Shown here piece by piece: positions 34,633 through 36,126 of a DNA stretch of 36,126 bases. A program made the position numbers and the translations under genes. The notes under the pieces are model-generated. The model did not search any database. It was not told where the DNA came from and saw only the letters and a program-made list of their open reading frames with translations. The DNA lies in NCBI GenBank assembly GCA_043717115.1, contig JAYSXQ010000040.1, positions 1 through 36,126 on the forward strand, in the 5' to 3' direction. The first letter of the stretch is position 1. The number at the start of each line of letters is the position of its first letter. This DNA comes from a bacterium (GTDB lineage: Bacteria > Patescibacteriota > Minisyncoccia > Phycocordibacterales > UBA5272).

Positions 34633-34657
34633 AAACGCACTATCACAGTGCGTTTTT
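34633..34657. terminator. Hairpin terminator
   Basis: AAACGCACT-ATCAC-AGTGCGTTT followed by TTATTTTT, between convergent genes. Confidence 0.7.
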
Positions 34658-34691
34658 ATTTTTAATATTTTAATAATATATTTCTTTACTA

Positions 34692-35783
34692 TTAATATAC
34701 AGTTTCTAGTGACAGGTTTGGAGTAGCAACTACTGTTGATGGGTCAGTTGGTTCATAACCGCTTTGTATACGCGCTACGGCAATGGCGGCTATCATGAGT
34801 GCGTTATCGGTAGAGAGGTTTTTGGCTGGTAAGTGTAATTGTATATTTTCTTCATCAGCAAGTTGCTGCATTTTCTCTCGTATGTGAGTATTAGCAGATA
34901 CTCCACCACCGACAATTAGTGACTTTGCATTGTATAGGTACAACGCTTCTCCAGTTTTTTTCACCAGCACGTCAGTGACTGCATTTTCAAACTCCATACA
35001 AAATGCCAATAACTCGTCCTCATCTAATGTATGTTTTTTAAGAGCGTATAATACTGCAGTTTTGAGTCCTGAAAACGAAAAGTTTAGATCACCGCTATGT
35101 AGCATAGGACGAGGTAGACGTAGGTCGTCTTTACAGATTAGAGATTTTTGTCTAGCTACACTGCTACGACGACTTATCTCAGGTCCTCCTGGGTATAGTA
35201 GTCCCATTGAACGTGCAGCTTTATCAAATGCTTCGCCTACTGCATCGTCAAGTGTCTGACCTACTTTTTTATATTGATGTTGATCTGTTATATGAACTAT
35301 TTCTGTGTGCCCACCAGAAATCAAAAGTGCGACAGCAGGTAGTGCGAATGAGTTGATTTGATATTCATCTTTTGACATTGCTGTTAAAACAGATGCATAT
35401 ATATGACCCTCCATGTGGTTAATAGGGTATAGGGGTATGTTACACTCGGTAGCTATTTGCTTTGCGGCCTCTATGCCTACCCACAACGCAGGCGATAATC
35501 CTGGTCCATATGTAACTGCTACAGCGTCTAATTTTGAAAACTCGATACCTTCCATAGCCTGCTCTATCAAAATAGGTAAGGCTTTTATATGTTCACGTTT
35601 TGCAAGGTCTGGGTATACACCACCATGCGGCCTATGCATTTCTATTTGAGATACAAGTATATTTTTAAGTACTTTAAATTTTAAGTCCTTTGTATTTACA
35701 GTCTTATCCCCAGTTGTTTTTCTGAATTCCAGTAGTGTTACAGCGGTTTCGTCGCAACTAGTCTCTATTGCCAGCAATTTCAT
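34692..35783 (-). CDS. tsaD: tRNA N6-adenosine threonylcarbamoyltransferase (Kae1/TsaD family)
   Basis: MKLLAIETSCDETAV N-terminus, HMEGH metal site, LLISGGHTE and GGVSAN motifs. The track start at 35801 is TTG; I prefer the ATG at 35783. Confidence 0.93.
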   Translation of the reverse strand: MKLLAIETSCDETAVTLLEFRKTTGDKTVNTKDLKFKVLKNILVSQIEMHRPHGGVYPDLAKREHIKALPILIEQAMEGIEFSKLDAVAVTYGPGLSPALWVGIEAAKQIATECNIPLYPINHMEGHIYASVLTAMSKDEYQINSFALPAVALLISGGHTEIVHITDQHQYKKVGQTLDDAVGEAFDKAARSMGLLYPGGPEISRRSSVARQKSLICKDDLRLPRPMLHSGDLNFSFSGLKTAVLYALKKHTLDEDELLAFCMEFENAVTDVLVKKTGEALYLYNAKSLIVGGGVSANTHIREKMQQLADEENIQLHLPAKNLSTDNALMIAAIAVARIQSGYEPTDPSTVVATPNLSLETVY

Positions 35784-35921
35784 ATTGTTATTATAGCACA
35801 AAGGGTATATACTTTTATATAGGTCTCAAGACATAGTAGAATATATAATTTTAGTCTAATGTCTTATCAGACTTTCTTTTGTAACAATTAATAATAATTA
35901 AAATCAATAAATAAAAACAGT

Positions 35922-36126
35922 ATGCAATTTTTTAAACAGTATAATCACAGCGTAATACTACTTCTAGTTCGTATAGGAGCGGGGCTCGCATTTATATCTC
36001 ACGGTTATGCAAAACTTATGACTCCAGAAATGTCTATAAATCTTTTCGATAAAGTAGGACTAGGAGGATCAAATATGATTATGTTTGTGGGTGCTGTAGA
36101 GCTACTAGGTGGACTCGCACTGCTGC
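35922..36126 (+). CDS. DoxX-family membrane protein, 3' end truncated by the window edge
   Basis: MQFFKQYNHSVILLLVRIGAGLAFISHGYAKL...FVGAVELLGGLALL is typical of DoxX N-termini. The ORF runs off the window. Confidence 0.7.
   Translation, partial: MQFFKQYNHSVILLLVRIGAGLAFISHGYAKLMTPEMSINLFDKVGLGGSNMIMFVGAVELLGGLALL

Overview
AT-rich, tightly packed bacterial window. By inference it comes from a small-genome, CPR/Patescibacteria-like organism using the standard genetic code. This rests on gene content, Thr/Asn-rich surface linkers and a priA-def-fmt block. Most of the window is housekeeping: dnaE, ddl, a SpoU/TrmH methyltransferase, hpf, cyclophilin, priA-def-fmt, trhO, tRNA-Ala(GGC), serS, dus, dnaX, hisS, lepB, pth and tsaD. 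I saw no rRNA, CRISPR array, transposase or integrase. Four things do not look like core genome. (1) A two-gene cassette at 16981-18142 encodes an acidic helical 230-aa protein and a 152-aa protein with a HEPN-type Rx4-6H motif (RHNNIAH). It is bracketed by two copies of the same 19-nt terminator arm and is my best candidate for an undescribed toxin-antitoxin or abortive-infection-like system. (2) A G+C-rich island at about 13163-15900 starts directly after tRNA-Ala. It encodes a membrane protein and two O2-dependent His-box lipid oxidases: a fatty-acid hydroxylase/sterol-desaturase family protein and a Delta9-type acyl desaturase. (3) The VanY-like carboxypeptidase gene is flanked by an 18-bp copy of the tRNA-Ala 3' end and by a 27-bp copy of its own 3' end. 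(4) Two further compositionally atypical genes encode a secreted 179-aa protein and an 81-aa basic protein. Unlike their neighbours, both have a long leader and a Shine-Dalgarno site. Other observations: many native genes have an extended -10 box (TGnTATAAT-like) 6-9 nt upstream of the ATG, implying leaderless mRNAs. PriA has lost the canonical helicase motifs. A 1.2-kaa repeat adhesin carries a peptidoglycan-binding anchor. There is one promoter-plus-terminator small-RNA candidate.
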